Positions 25,631 through 34,939 of a stretch of DNA of 64,000 bases are shown piece by piece (position 1 is the first letter of the stretch; each line of letters opens with the position of its first letter). The notes under the pieces were generated by a model. It saw only the letters and a program-made list of their open reading frames with translations. It was not told the DNA's origin and did no database searches. Location of the stretch: IMG/VR virus record IMGVR_UViG_3300031251_000970, positions 17,877 through 81,876 of that record. One strand, given 5' to 3'. Origin of the DNA: a virus. Both the position numbers and the translations under genes were made by a program.

Positions 25631-27967
25631 CTAAAGAACCCGGTTTTGATTCATCCGGAAAGTTTCGAACTCTCGCTGCTTTTCCTCGAATGCTTGCTTA
25701 AATTTCTCGAACAGAACATCAAATTTGAATGCGTTTTTGAATCCTTCTACGATATTGTCGGCCGTCTCCTCGTTTTCTTTCTGGAGTTCCGAAATTTTAT
25801 CGATCGCGCCCGCCGCATGTCCTCCAACTTTTCCGTTTGCTGCATCTGCGCGATAGGCCTTGCTCTTTACGTCTAGATCATCCTTGAGAACGGAGATATC
25901 GCTCACCATTTCTATGCCAAGATTTCCGCCTCTTTTATGACCTTCTCGGTCGGCATATTCCGCGAGTTTCGTACCTCGACCGGCCGATGCAGCTCGCTGA
26001 AGTTCCCATTGAGATAGCTCATCAACGGGAAGAAGGTCGGCTCGCCCCGCTTTCTTGCGTTGCTCATTTTCGGCCTCTTTCGCCTCAATATCCTTTCGCT
26101 TTTCGTCGATCTCTTTCAGTATCGATTGGTCGCCTTCGTTCAGTAATCCGTGCGAAATCTGCGTGCGATCGTGTGCCTCTTTTTCTTCTTCATAGGCCTT
26201 TCTAGCCGCGTCGTAGGCCTCTTTTGAGACCTTGACCTGCTGCTCCGTATTTGCGACCTTCGCCTGTCCGATCTGAAGGCTTTGTTGTTGCAGCCGAATT
26301 GTTTCTTCTTCCTCAGCCTTCAGTTCTTTTTTCCGATCGGCCAAGGCCTGGGCGAGATCAACTTTAACTTTCTCGTTATTGATCTCTGCATCGGCGACGC
26401 TGATCCCTCCGGCGGCACTGATGACTTTTCCCTGAGCCTTATGCAGCGGATTGGTGCTGTCGTAATCGGTCTTCGGCTCTAGAACTCCGGCACCCCCGCT
26501 TGCCAGAAGTGAACCCATCCCCGCTGGCCCCGTAGATGCGACAAAGGCAGCGGTAAGAAGTTCCTTTGCTCCGAAAACTTTGCCGGAGGCCTTCTGTCGG
26601 CTTGATCCCGGAACATCGGTTTCGCCATTTCCGGGAATCGCGATCTTTCTCTTTTCAATTGCGGCGATCTTGCCATCATAGGCCAACTCGCTGGCCTTCT
26701 GCAGATCGGGCAACTTTTTGAGAGTTTTTTTATTGATTTCGGATTGCTTGTCGAGATGTTCTGATCTTACCTGCAATGCCTCCTGCATATGCTCAGTCCT
26801 GAGATTCTGTTCCGCTCTTTCTCTAACCGAATGCCGACGCTGCCAATTGACTCCATATTCTTCCTGTCGCCGCTGAATGCCCTTCTCTTCATTCGCCGTT
26901 TCGTATACTTGTCTAGCCGTAAATCTATGGACATTTTCAGGAAGCTCGGCTGCCATTCGATGCCCGGATTGCATTGCCGCAATGCCGATTTTATGAATCG
27001 CTGAATACGATCCGGCTGAAGTCGCAGCGGCATCTTCCAGCATCTTTTTGAAACTGTCTCTCGTAAATACCAGCGATTCTCGAAGGATAGCGAGTCCAGC
27101 GACAACGCCGGTAATCGCAATCGCCCACGGCGTTCCAAATGCCGCCGAAGCATTTTTCGCGATATTCGCGAATCCTTCGATTGCGACAACGCCATGAACC
27201 ATTTCGTTGGTCATCAGTCCGGTTGACGCGGCGACCTGAGCGATTCCCTTGGCCGTTTGAATTGCGGCTTGGTTTTGATCATTCAGAGCCGATGTTTCCT
27301 CTTTGATTCGCTTCGTGGTTTCTGCGTCTTCTTTTTTAGCTTTTCTTTCCGCAACTTTTTTCCCACGCGACCATTCGCGAACGCCCGACTGAGCCTCTTT
27401 ACGAGCTTCGTCTTCCTTTTTCTTCTGAGCCCGCTCTGATGCGGCGACCTCTGCATCCGCAACTTTATTCGCTCTTTCAATGGCTCGCTGAGCGGCAGAC
27501 TCTTCCCGGTCCTGTTCTCGAATCAGCAATGCGGCCTTTTTCGCGAGTTTTTCTTGCAGTTTCCCCATTTCCGCATCAGAAAATCCAACATCTTGCCCTT
27601 CGGCCGCCATCTTCTCTAATGCCGCTTTTTCCTCGGCCTGCATCTTCCCATGAAGAGCTTCCAGTTTCTGAATCGCACTCATTCCAGTCATCTGGCTTTT
27701 CGCAGCATCGGCCGCACGATCTCGCACGCTTTGGCCGTATCCCGGCATCCCGACATTAACCATTGATGACGAGATCGAACGTTGGGCACTAGAGGATGCC
27801 GGACGATAACTCGAGCCGGAATTGCTGATTCCACCGAGAGACGACCTGATATCGTCCTGAATTGATTTCACGGCAGACTTGACCGCCGACGTGTCAACGG
27901 GACCGATCTTCATGTTTCCGCTTTCCAGCGAAATCCGAATCAGAACGTCTCTCGTTACGTCGACCAT
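25631..27967 (-). CDS. tape measure protein
   Basis: 778 aa, Ala/Glu/Lys-rich coiled coil with hydrophobic segments; follows the chaperone pair. Confidence 0.8.
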   Translation of the reverse strand: MVDVTRDVLIRISLESGNMKIGPVDTSAVKSAVKSIQDDIRSSLGGISNSGSSYRPASSSAQRSISSSMVNVGMPGYGQSVRDRAADAAKSQMTGMSAIQKLEALHGKMQAEEKAALEKMAAEGQDVGFSDAEMGKLQEKLAKKAALLIREQDREESAAQRAIERANKVADAEVAASERAQKKKEDEARKEAQSGVREWSRGKKVAERKAKKEDAETTKRIKEETSALNDQNQAAIQTAKGIAQVAASTGLMTNEMVHGVVAIEGFANIAKNASAAFGTPWAIAITGVVAGLAILRESLVFTRDSFKKMLEDAAATSAGSYSAIHKIGIAAMQSGHRMAAELPENVHRFTARQVYETANEEKGIQRRQEEYGVNWQRRHSVRERAEQNLRTEHMQEALQVRSEHLDKQSEINKKTLKKLPDLQKASELAYDGKIAAIEKRKIAIPGNGETDVPGSSRQKASGKVFGAKELLTAAFVASTGPAGMGSLLASGGAGVLEPKTDYDSTNPLHKAQGKVISAAGGISVADAEINNEKVKVDLAQALADRKKELKAEEEETIRLQQQSLQIGQAKVANTEQQVKVSKEAYDAARKAYEEEKEAHDRTQISHGLLNEGDQSILKEIDEKRKDIEAKEAENEQRKKAGRADLLPVDELSQWELQRAASAGRGTKLAEYADREGHKRGGNLGIEMVSDISVLKDDLDVKSKAYRADAANGKVGGHAAGAIDKISELQKENEETADNIVEGFKNAFKFDVLFEKFKQAFEEKQREFETFRMNQNRVL

Positions 27968-28372
27968 TTATCGCCCCACGACTAATCGGCACAAAATATT
28001 TTCAAATTCTACTTGCCGATGCCTCGCAATTCCGTCTTCCGCCTCGCGGATGATTGCAGCGTTTCTCCGCACGATTGGATCATCTGGAAAACTCCCGACC
28101 GCCTTGCATTCCATATAATGACGATAGCAGTTTTCGTTTTCCGGCGTTAGAGAGAGTTGTTCCTCGGGAGCTCCCTTTTTGCATCCTATTCTCGTGCGAC
28201 ATGGCGGCAGGCAGGATTCTCCGAACAGGGACCGCAGTTCGGGCTTTCCATCGCGACCCTTCGTCATTTGCCCGGTTTTCTCATCGAACAAATACAACTG
28301 GCACAATTCGCACGATCTCGTAGCCACAAGCGGGTATCTGAACAGAGTCCAAATACCCGTTCTCAGTTTTTT
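27968..28372 (-). CDS. tail assembly chaperone, frameshifted C-terminal part (gpGT-like)
   Basis: -1 frame is open from the slippery site: KLRTGIWTLFRYPLVATRSCELCQ... Confidence 0.75.
   Translation of the reverse strand, partial: KKLRTGIWTLFRYPLVATRSCELCQLYLFDEKTGQMTKGRDGKPELRSLFGESCLPPCRTRIGCKKGAPEEQLSLTPENENCYRHYMECKAVGSFPDDPIVRRNAAIIREAEDGIARHRQVEFENILCRLVVGR
28331..28372 (-). other. programmed -1 ribosomal frameshift signal
   Basis: A AAA AAC heptamer (28372-28366), 6-nt spacer, 13-bp hairpin CGGGTATTTGGAC-TCT-GTTCAGATACCCG. Confidence 0.8.
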
Positions 28373-28782
28373 TCTTGATCCGAATCGCTGATTTTTGGCT
28401 CGGCTTTTGGCTTGGGGTCGCTAGTCTGAACCCCTCGAATAATCCGGTAGAGCCTTCCGAGCAATGCATTATTCAGCCGCATGCACGTATCCGCCGAGAT
28501 CGGAACTTCCGCTTGCTTACGATCCCTCAAGTCCCACAAAAAGAGATGTTTCGCGACGAATTCGCAAAGGAGCTTTTCCTGTTTGTACGAGCAGTCCGGA
28601 TCGACCAGTTTCTTCTCTTCGAGAATTTCAATTTGATTGTCGAGTCGCAACCATTCGGCTTTCGTCGCGACGCGATAATGAAACGAAAGCGAATCGTAGA
28701 GCGTTTCTCCGTTTTCGGATGGTTCGGCTCCCTTGATGAATCCGTCATCCCGCGTATACCCGTCATCGATAAACTGTGGCAT
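28363..28782 (-). CDS. tail assembly chaperone (gpG-like)
   Basis: Position between tail tube and tape measure; ends EKN on the slippery heptamer. Confidence 0.8.
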   Translation of the reverse strand: MPQFIDDGYTRDDGFIKGAEPSENGETLYDSLSFHYRVATKAEWLRLDNQIEILEEKKLVDPDCSYKQEKLLCEFVAKHLFLWDLRDRKQAEVPISADTCMRLNNALLGRLYRIIRGVQTSDPKPKAEPKISDSDQEKN

Positions 28783-28850
28783 CAAATAACCCTTTCAAAT
28801 GTTCCGTACTCGACCTATGATGGAATTGTTGCTTAACAATTGGAGCCATC

Positions 28851-29084
28851 ATGTCAGAGCCGGATTTTCTCAAGTTCCATCTCGAAGTCCATGCCGATGG
28901 AGTTCCCCGCGAGGTTTTCGAACTCGCAGTCATGCTCCGAGACGATCCTAATGCCAGTCTTCGAGAGCGTCAAATGGCATGGTTGATCATCAAACTCGCG
29001 ACAACCGTCAACAAGCTGATTTCCGAATTGGAAACGGGCACGACGACTTTAGTCGTGCACGAATCCAATATGAGGCGAGATTGA
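28851..29084 (+). CDS. hypothetical protein on the opposite strand (moron-like)
   Basis: GGAG RBS, upstream TATGAT, fills the gap; stop abuts the HNH stop. Confidence 0.55.
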   Translation: MSEPDFLKFHLEVHADGVPREVFELAVMLRDDPNASLRERQMAWLIIKLATTVNKLISELETGTTTLVVHESNMRRD

Positions 29085-29921
29085 TTATCGTTTTGACTTC
29101 TGGCCGCGATAGACCGTCGGAGTTGTCAATGCTTTTTCGATCGGCCATCCTTTTTGCAATCGAACCGCGAGCGTTCCGAACGCCAGTCCGACCTCTCTGG
29201 CCCAATCCGCTACGGATTGCGTTTTTCCATTAAAGCTGATCATTTTACGATTTGTTTTTCTCTTTTGAATCGGATTCTTAAACGCATCTTCGATCGACCA
29301 TCCGGATTTCAATCGATTGGAGACGGCATTCTCTGTTATTCCGTAAATTTCGCACAATTCGACCAAGCATTTCGTCATTCCATCAATAGTGATCAAGCGA
29401 TTTACTCGGGTATTGCGGCTCTGTTCTTTTTGGGTCGCCCATCGCACATTTCCGGGTTCGTAATTTCCATTGTTATTTGGAAATCGGTCTATCGAATGCC
29501 GACTTGACGGCCTCGGTCCGATATGAGCCAAGAATGCGTCGAAGTCCTCGATCCATTCATCGCAGACGCTAATCCCGCGTCCGCCATAATTGTGCCATTC
29601 CTTTGAGTTTTGATTTGAGCACCGTTTATTCATTGATGCCCAGCATCGATATTCTGCGGTTCTCTTTCCTACCCGATCATGCCCATGTTTAACATTTGAC
29701 TTTTGGATTTGATCGAGCATAAAGCAGCCGCATGACTGCGTATGTCCACTTACGAGAAATTGGCTTCGAACATTGACCACATTCCCGCACGAGCATTGGC
29801 ATTTCCATTCGGTCCTGCCATTCCGCTTTCCGGCATATTCCAAAACTGTCAATCTGCCAAATGGCGGGGAACCGATAAGATTGCGGAACCGCCAATTTGA
29901 AGGTACTTTTATCTCTGTCAT
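29085..29921 (-). CDS. free-standing HNH (His-Me finger) homing endonuclease
   Basis: WKCQCSCG, SCGC, YGGRGISVCDEW, SIDR..NNGNYEPGNVRWAT; duplicated C-terminal HTH-like repeats. Confidence 0.9.
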   Translation of the reverse strand: MTEIKVPSNWRFRNLIGSPPFGRLTVLEYAGKRNGRTEWKCQCSCGNVVNVRSQFLVSGHTQSCGCFMLDQIQKSNVKHGHDRVGKRTAEYRCWASMNKRCSNQNSKEWHNYGGRGISVCDEWIEDFDAFLAHIGPRPSSRHSIDRFPNNNGNYEPGNVRWATQKEQSRNTRVNRLITIDGMTKCLVELCEIYGITENAVSNRLKSGWSIEDAFKNPIQKRKTNRKMISFNGKTQSVADWAREVGLAFGTLAVRLQKGWPIEKALTTPTVYRGQKSKR

Positions 29922-29952
29922 TTCCGTGTTCCTGTTAAACATGGTTTTGAAA

Positions 29953-29987
29953 GCGAGGCTCGGAATTTATCAGATTCCGAGCCTTGC
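29953..29987 (-). promoter_or_regulatory. 14-bp hairpin with CTGATAA loop upstream of HNH
   Basis: GCAAGGCTCGGAAT-CTGATAA-ATTCCGAGCCTCGC. Confidence 0.6.
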
Positions 29988-29998
29988 GTCTTTTAAGA

Positions 29999-30871
29999 TC
30001 AGGAGTTTGTCAAAATCATTTCTTTGTTCGCACCTACTCCGAAGCAATAGAACTCGAGAGGCAAACGAACATGATCTCTTCCGGGAATCGCAGCACTTCG
30101 TGGAGTTGCTACAAGAGCCGCAAATGTAAACGAAAGTGTATTCGTCCCATTTGTAAAGGCGATACTCGCCGTGAGAGGAGAACCAATTATCGGACCTGCT
30201 CGCTCAATAACTAACAATCCTGACTCGGTCGGAGTGTATTTTGTCTGGCATGCGAGAGTAATAACTCTGTCCGAACTTTCCAAATCTGTTGCCGTACGTC
30301 CCTGTAGGAACGTGGGGTTAATCTTATTGTCGCAGGTGAATTCGAACTTGTCGAACGAGTATTGCGTGCCGCCGATCGTGATCCCCGAACCGCTGTCCGA
30401 GAACATATATTCTCGCTGCGTTACATCGGCCGCCGTCGAAATCGTTCCACCCGATCCAATTGCGAGCGTTTTTCCGACGAAACTCACCGTCAATTTCATC
30501 TTTTCGCCCGGACCGCCCTCATATTTCACCATGCTGAATCGGCCGACATATGTATAACCGATATTCGCTCTCGCTCCCAAATCTAGCACGATTGTGACAT
30601 CGGCCATTTGATCGGTCAGCGTGTAATTCGCCGATGACGAGTTGAGAGCGTAGGGCAGGATATATCCGAGTTCGACTTGTGTCGGACTGAAGACAATATC
30701 TCCTCCGACTTTCGTCTGACCAAGTGCAACACGTTCCATCTGTCGCGTTCGCGTGCCTCGAAGTCCATCGTCTTGGATGATTTCGCTGACTTCTGTAATC
30801 GAACTGCTGATGAACTCAACGACATTGCCGTTGATCGTCATTCTCGCTTCCCAGCCGTTAATATCGGTCAT
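29999..30871 (-). CDS. major tail tube protein
   Basis: 290 aa beta-rich; DDGLRGTR...VGGDIVF; between neck genes and chaperones. Confidence 0.8.
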   Translation of the reverse strand: MTDINGWEARMTINGNVVEFISSSITEVSEIIQDDGLRGTRTRQMERVALGQTKVGGDIVFSPTQVELGYILPYALNSSSANYTLTDQMADVTIVLDLGARANIGYTYVGRFSMVKYEGGPGEKMKLTVSFVGKTLAIGSGGTISTAADVTQREYMFSDSGSGITIGGTQYSFDKFEFTCDNKINPTFLQGRTATDLESSDRVITLACQTKYTPTESGLLVIERAGPIIGSPLTASIAFTNGTNTLSFTFAALVATPRSAAIPGRDHVRLPLEFYCFGVGANKEMILTNS

Positions 30872-30972
30872 GTTACGACCTATTCCTTCAAGGCCCCTCG
30901 ACGATTGTTTGATCGTTTTGCGGCGGTTTCATTGACCGATACCGGAATTATTCCTGTTAGGCTGACGGTTTT

Positions 30973-31542
30973 TCATTGTCTACTGCGTCGAATTTTCGAA
31001 GCCGTATCTCCATGCTCTTTCGCCATCTTCTGATGATACTTGTGTTCCTTGCTTTCGGAATCGTGACTCTCCGATGCTCTTAAATGGGCATCCTGAGCCG
31101 ATTGATGATTAGCGAGAGATGGAGTTTGTTTTGCATTTTCCGACATCTTTTCCGCATGCGAACTCGCATGTTCCATTTGGTTCTTGGATGCGGCGGCATG
31201 ATGTGCGAGCGATGCGGAAAACAGTCGCCCGGCATTCGGATGATTGATGTCGCCAATTTTGGCAATGGCATCGGCGGCTCGCAAGTGGGCTTCGGCGGCT
31301 TCTTGATGCTTTCCGTTCTTGGCGTGGGAAGTTGCCGCAGATGATTCCTTCAAAGCATCCTTAGATTCTTTCATTCCGCCAATCAGTGACTGTGTTCGCT
31401 TGTGAGCATCTTCCGACGATTGAGCCGCAGAAGATGATCCGCTCGTCCATTTTCCATGATCGCGGGCTTCGCTCGGATTAAAAGACTTCAGAACCGTGAT
31501 TCCATCATCGATTACGGGATAAAGGAGAGACTTGAATGACAT
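30973..31542 (-). CDS. His/Ala-rich helical protein with GKWTS tag (putative internal head protein)
   Basis: LKSFNPSEARDHGKWTSG; repeated H..A..AHLRA. Confidence 0.7.
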   Translation of the reverse strand: MSFKSLLYPVIDDGITVLKSFNPSEARDHGKWTSGSSSAAQSSEDAHKRTQSLIGGMKESKDALKESSAATSHAKNGKHQEAAEAHLRAADAIAKIGDINHPNAGRLFSASLAHHAAASKNQMEHASSHAEKMSENAKQTPSLANHQSAQDAHLRASESHDSESKEHKYHQKMAKEHGDTASKIRRSRQ

Positions 31543-31543
31543 A

Positions 31544-31804
31544 TTAGACGCTCAATCCTTCTGCGGGCAACTCGGGACTTGAATCGGTTTTTTGAGGATC
31601 GATTTTTCCGGTATCGGTTTTTTCGTCGGAATTCGGCAACGATGGCGGATTTGCTGCATCGATCCATGAACGGGCATACGCGATTGCTTGGGTCGTTCCC
31701 AAGATCGGTCCGACCGTCATTTGCTCGCGAGTCGCCGTGTACGCGAACCCATCTGGCGATTCGCCGTTGAGAGTCGCGATCAGATGCACACCGTTGATAT
31801 CCAT
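31544..31804 (-). CDS. hypothetical protein
   Basis: 86 aa, GAGGGG RBS. Confidence 0.6.
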   Translation of the reverse strand: MDINGVHLIATLNGESPDGFAYTATREQMTVGPILGTTQAIAYARSWIDAANPPSLPNSDEKTDTGKIDPQKTDSSPELPAEGLSV

Positions 31805-31806
31805 CG

Positions 31807-32259
31807 CTATCCCCTCAGAAGTTCTACCGTCGCGTCTGCAACCTGATTTACGATCTTGTCGAGTGTTTCGTCGCTGATGCCAACCGGAGGCCGAGCGGGC
31901 ATCCTTGACGTTCCCTCTTGAAGATACCCAGCATAATCGATTCCGGTTCCGTACACGAGACCAGATCGAGTCGTCTCATGGACATTGCTCGGACCGCCGA
32001 CAGCCACGAGAGACTCTCGCAATGCTCCCGTTTCGACCAAAATCCGATCGTGCTTCTTTCGCCGAATCGTCGATTCTTTCAGCGGCTTCCAGTCGACGAG
32101 ATTCGAATCGTATTCGCCTGCGAACATTCCGGCATGCTGTTCGGCGAGCGATTGTTCGCCTTGTTCCATGACTTCGGTGTAATCGGCATTCTGGACAGCC
32201 GTTTCGATCGATTCGAAAAGCGAGTTCAGTTCGCCGATGTCGTCGACAACGAATGTCAC
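31807..32259 (-). CDS. virion morphogenesis protein (Mu gpG / P2 gpS-like)
   Basis: WKPLKEST...IL.ETGALR.SL...YA.YLQ.GT.RMPARP. Confidence 0.85.
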   Translation of the reverse strand: MTFVVDDIGELNSLFESIETAVQNADYTEVMEQGEQSLAEQHAGMFAGEYDSNLVDWKPLKESTIRRKKHDRILVETGALRESLVAVGGPSNVHETTRSGLVYGTGIDYAGYLQEGTSRMPARPPVGISDETLDKIVNQVADATVELLRG

Positions 32260-32699
32260 AATCTCGGCTCCTGAAAGTTCGCTCGCACCACAAATCCGCT
32301 GACGAATCCATCTCGGTCAAAATAGACTTTCGGCTCAACGACGTTTCCGGGCTCAACCTTCAATCGGTAACACATCGGCAACCCTGAGAGGGCGACGTTA
32401 TTCAATCGCCGTCGCATAGTCTGACGCCATCCAAGCCGTAATTCGAGGCTTTGAATATCCGGCATAGCCATGATCGCAACGAGCGTTCCGTAATAAACTC
32501 CGTCTCGATCATTCAATTCGTCGCCGACTTTTTCCGGTCCATACGGCGAGACCGAAATAAATGGCAGCGGAATCTGCTTATCCTGAAACGTCGCGACTTC
32601 CTGAAGCACGACTCCGCCCGTGATTCCAAACATTCCCATGCCGTCGATCAGAGCTTTGATCGCAACCATCGTATCGAAATGATTGGAGATTCCCGGCAT
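32256..32699 (-). CDS. tail terminator protein
   Basis: 147 aa, LPFISVSP motif, neck position. Confidence 0.6.
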   Translation of the reverse strand: MPGISNHFDTMVAIKALIDGMGMFGITGGVVLQEVATFQDKQIPLPFISVSPYGPEKVGDELNDRDGVYYGTLVAIMAMPDIQSLELRLGWRQTMRRRLNNVALSGLPMCYRLKVEPGNVVEPKVYFDRDGFVSGFVVRANFQEPRL

Positions 32700-32702
32700 T
32701 GA

Positions 32703-33320
32703 TTAGCTTACTTTCTGACCGCAGACGCACACCCAATCCGTCAAAACCGATTTGAGCGTTGTTCCTGCCGCTTGAACGACGAATGTCTGACCGCCGAAAA
32801 CAATGATGTCCCTCGATCGAATCTGCCGACCGTTTGAAGCGGGATTCAGTTCATGATCGGGAATGTGAAGCAAGGTTTCGTCGCCTTGAACGTTCAAATG
32901 TCCGTACTCTTTCAGTTTGCCACTGATCGGCTTCTGCCAAGCGTTGTACACGTTCACAGTCGACGTTCTGTCGGCGTAGAAAACCGCTCCGGCGAAGCTC
33001 AGTCCAGTCTGCAAAACGGTTAATGACGTATCGGAAGCGACTGAGACGACCGTTAACGCGGTTCCGGCCGTGACTGAGTTGAATCCGCTGGCGACGTAAT
33101 TCAGCGTTCCGCCCGTCGAATTCGCGACAATCACACTTCCTGAAACGAGCGGAACCGGTCCGGTTTTGAAGAATGTGCCGACTCCCGTGATTGTCGAACC
33201 GGAGCCCGAGATTGTGCCAATTTGCGGAACGGCTCGTGAATCCGCATCGAGCGTCAGCGTTGCCGGACCCCGCGAAGGAACCAGCCGCATTAACGCTCGT
33301 GCTTTTTGATGAGTCATCAC
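32703..33320 (-). CDS. head closure protein with inserted beta domain
   Basis: Position after the adaptor; C-terminal D.I..GGQTF.V...W.C.C pattern. Confidence 0.55.
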   Translation of the reverse strand: MMTHQKARALMRLVPSRGPATLTLDADSRAVPQIGTISGSGSTITGVGTFFKTGPVPLVSGSVIVANSTGGTLNYVASGFNSVTAGTALTVVSVASDTSLTVLQTGLSFAGAVFYADRTSTVNVYNAWQKPISGKLKEYGHLNVQGDETLLHIPDHELNPASNGRQIRSRDIIVFGGQTFVVQAAGTTLKSVLTDWVCVCGQKVS

Positions 33321-33332
33321 GATCGATTTGCC

Positions 33333-33989
33333 TTAAATCACCGGCATCGTATAGGCTGCAAGATTGTTCTCGATCGAACCGAAAATCGACGCGAATACAT
33401 CCGGCGAGAAATAGGATTCCGCCGCATCTTCGTAGGAATTGCTCTGAGCGGGTAACCCACTTGCCGACATCGCAATCATCCGCATCACGGCCATGTTGAC
33501 CGTCATCTGAATATCCGCCGGAACCACCGCATATCCGGCCGTGTAAACGACCTTCACGTTTCCATTGTTGATCGGTGGCTGTCTCGCCACCTTGCCATAT
33601 TGTCGCGATGGATATTGATAAAATCCGCCGTTGATTCTGCGGATGAGACCGGCCGATCCAACGCCATTGAATCCCGATTCCAAAACCCAATCGACTCCCT
33701 GAACCAACTGAGTCGCCGATGCAAAAGCGTTCGAGGCCTGTCCGAAAAAGCCTTGCGGATCAGACCAGAGACTCGTCACCGAAATGACCGGGAATTGATT
33801 CAAATAGAACGCGACGCAGTTATTGACGGAATAGTATTCGGTATAGATAGTCGCTTCGATGTCGCGATTCAATTGCCGCTTGACTCTGCTCGTCAATCCA
33901 ACGATGAACCCGTCGATTTGCGCATCCATCGAAGTATCCGTCGAAGCGATTCCCGCTTGCGATTTCACGGAATTTCGAGTGGTCAACAT
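33333..33989 (-). CDS. head-tail adaptor (HK97 gp6 / SPP1 gp15-like, extended)
   Basis: LTT..SVK, FPVISVTSL, VKVVYTAGY..VPADI. Confidence 0.85.
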   Translation of the reverse strand: MLTTRNSVKSQAGIASTDTSMDAQIDGFIVGLTSRVKRQLNRDIEATIYTEYYSVNNCVAFYLNQFPVISVTSLWSDPQGFFGQASNAFASATQLVQGVDWVLESGFNGVGSAGLIRRINGGFYQYPSRQYGKVARQPPINNGNVKVVYTAGYAVVPADIQMTVNMAVMRMIAMSASGLPAQSNSYEDAAESYFSPDVFASIFGSIENNLAAYTMPVI

Positions 33990-34849
33990 GCGGTTTTTGC
34001 TTTCTCAGCTTTTCGAGCCTGATGCCGGTTGTATGTCCTGATTCGATGACAATTCGCACAGACAACTTCGCATTTTTCGATTTCTGCCAGTATCGACTCA
34101 ATTGATCCCTGCACGCTGGACACATGCATCTTCTTCACTCCGTGAACATGATCAAAATCCATTGCCTCCGGAGCTGATTTATATCCACAATCCGCACATC
34201 CTCGTTCTATTTTCAGATCGGCGATGAATTTCTTCTTTTTATTGCGATTTTCGCGAGACAGAGTATTTCTGCGATCGTTTTTTGGTTTTGTAGCCCATGC
34301 ATGTTCGCCATTTAGCATCCGTTTTTTTGTCGCAATTCTGTGACACCGGAGGCATCTGATCTCGCATTTCGCAATTTCTTCTCGAACTCGTTTCAACGAG
34401 AATGTTCCCATTGCTCCAACGTTAATCGTCTTCTTGCCGATGACATGATCAAAATCGAGAGCGACGGGGTTTTCCTTATATCCGCAATCGATGCATCCCG
34501 CTTCCATCTTCAAAGCGGAAATTCGGCCTTTGTGCCGGAGTGCTCTCCTACGTGATTTCATCACGCTCTTGCATCGAAACGCCGGATTTTCGGAATTCTT
34601 TCTCGCCCGCTCTCGAATCTTTTGTCTTCCGTTTTCCGTCGCACGATGCTTTCGCGAAATATCTCGGTGGTAATTCGGATCGATTTCTTTCCGCTTTCGG
34701 ACATATCTTCGATAATACGATCTTCGCTCGGAAACGCACCATTCACATCGGCATCCGCGTCGATAGTTAGACCGCCACGACAATCCATTTTCAGGATGCT
34801 TTTCGACTTGTGCAAACAAACCATCGAACGTAAGTTGTTTTTCAGTCAT
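33983..34849 (-). CDS. HNH endonuclease with two tandem HNH/Zn domains
   Basis: Two copies of GC.DCGY...A.DFDHV.G.K...EI.KCE..C..CHRI.T. Confidence 0.85.
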   Translation of the reverse strand: MTEKQLTFDGLFAQVEKHPENGLSWRSNYRRGCRCEWCVSERRSYYRRYVRKRKEIDPNYHRDISRKHRATENGRQKIRERARKNSENPAFRCKSVMKSRRRALRHKGRISALKMEAGCIDCGYKENPVALDFDHVIGKKTINVGAMGTFSLKRVREEIAKCEIRCLRCHRIATKKRMLNGEHAWATKPKNDRRNTLSRENRNKKKKFIADLKIERGCADCGYKSAPEAMDFDHVHGVKKMHVSSVQGSIESILAEIEKCEVVCANCHRIRTYNRHQARKAEKAKTAC

Positions 34850-34880
34850 TTCAGCCTCTCGCAAAGGTTGATTGTGATTA

Positions 34881-34914
34881 GAGCCAGAGAACCGTATCAG
34901 CAGTTCTCTGGCTC
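34881..34914 (-). promoter_or_regulatory. 14-bp hairpin with CTGATA loop upstream of HNH
   Basis: GAGCCAGAGAACTG-CTGATA-CGGTTCTCTGGCTC. Confidence 0.6.
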
Positions 34915-34939
34915 GAATTTTAACATCTTCGGATGAAAA

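Noticed and set aside
29085-29998. Group I intron housing the HNH gene (same question for 33983-34939)
   Set aside because: Flanking genes look intact and the non-coding flanks are too short for an intron core, so these are treated as free-standing endonucleases
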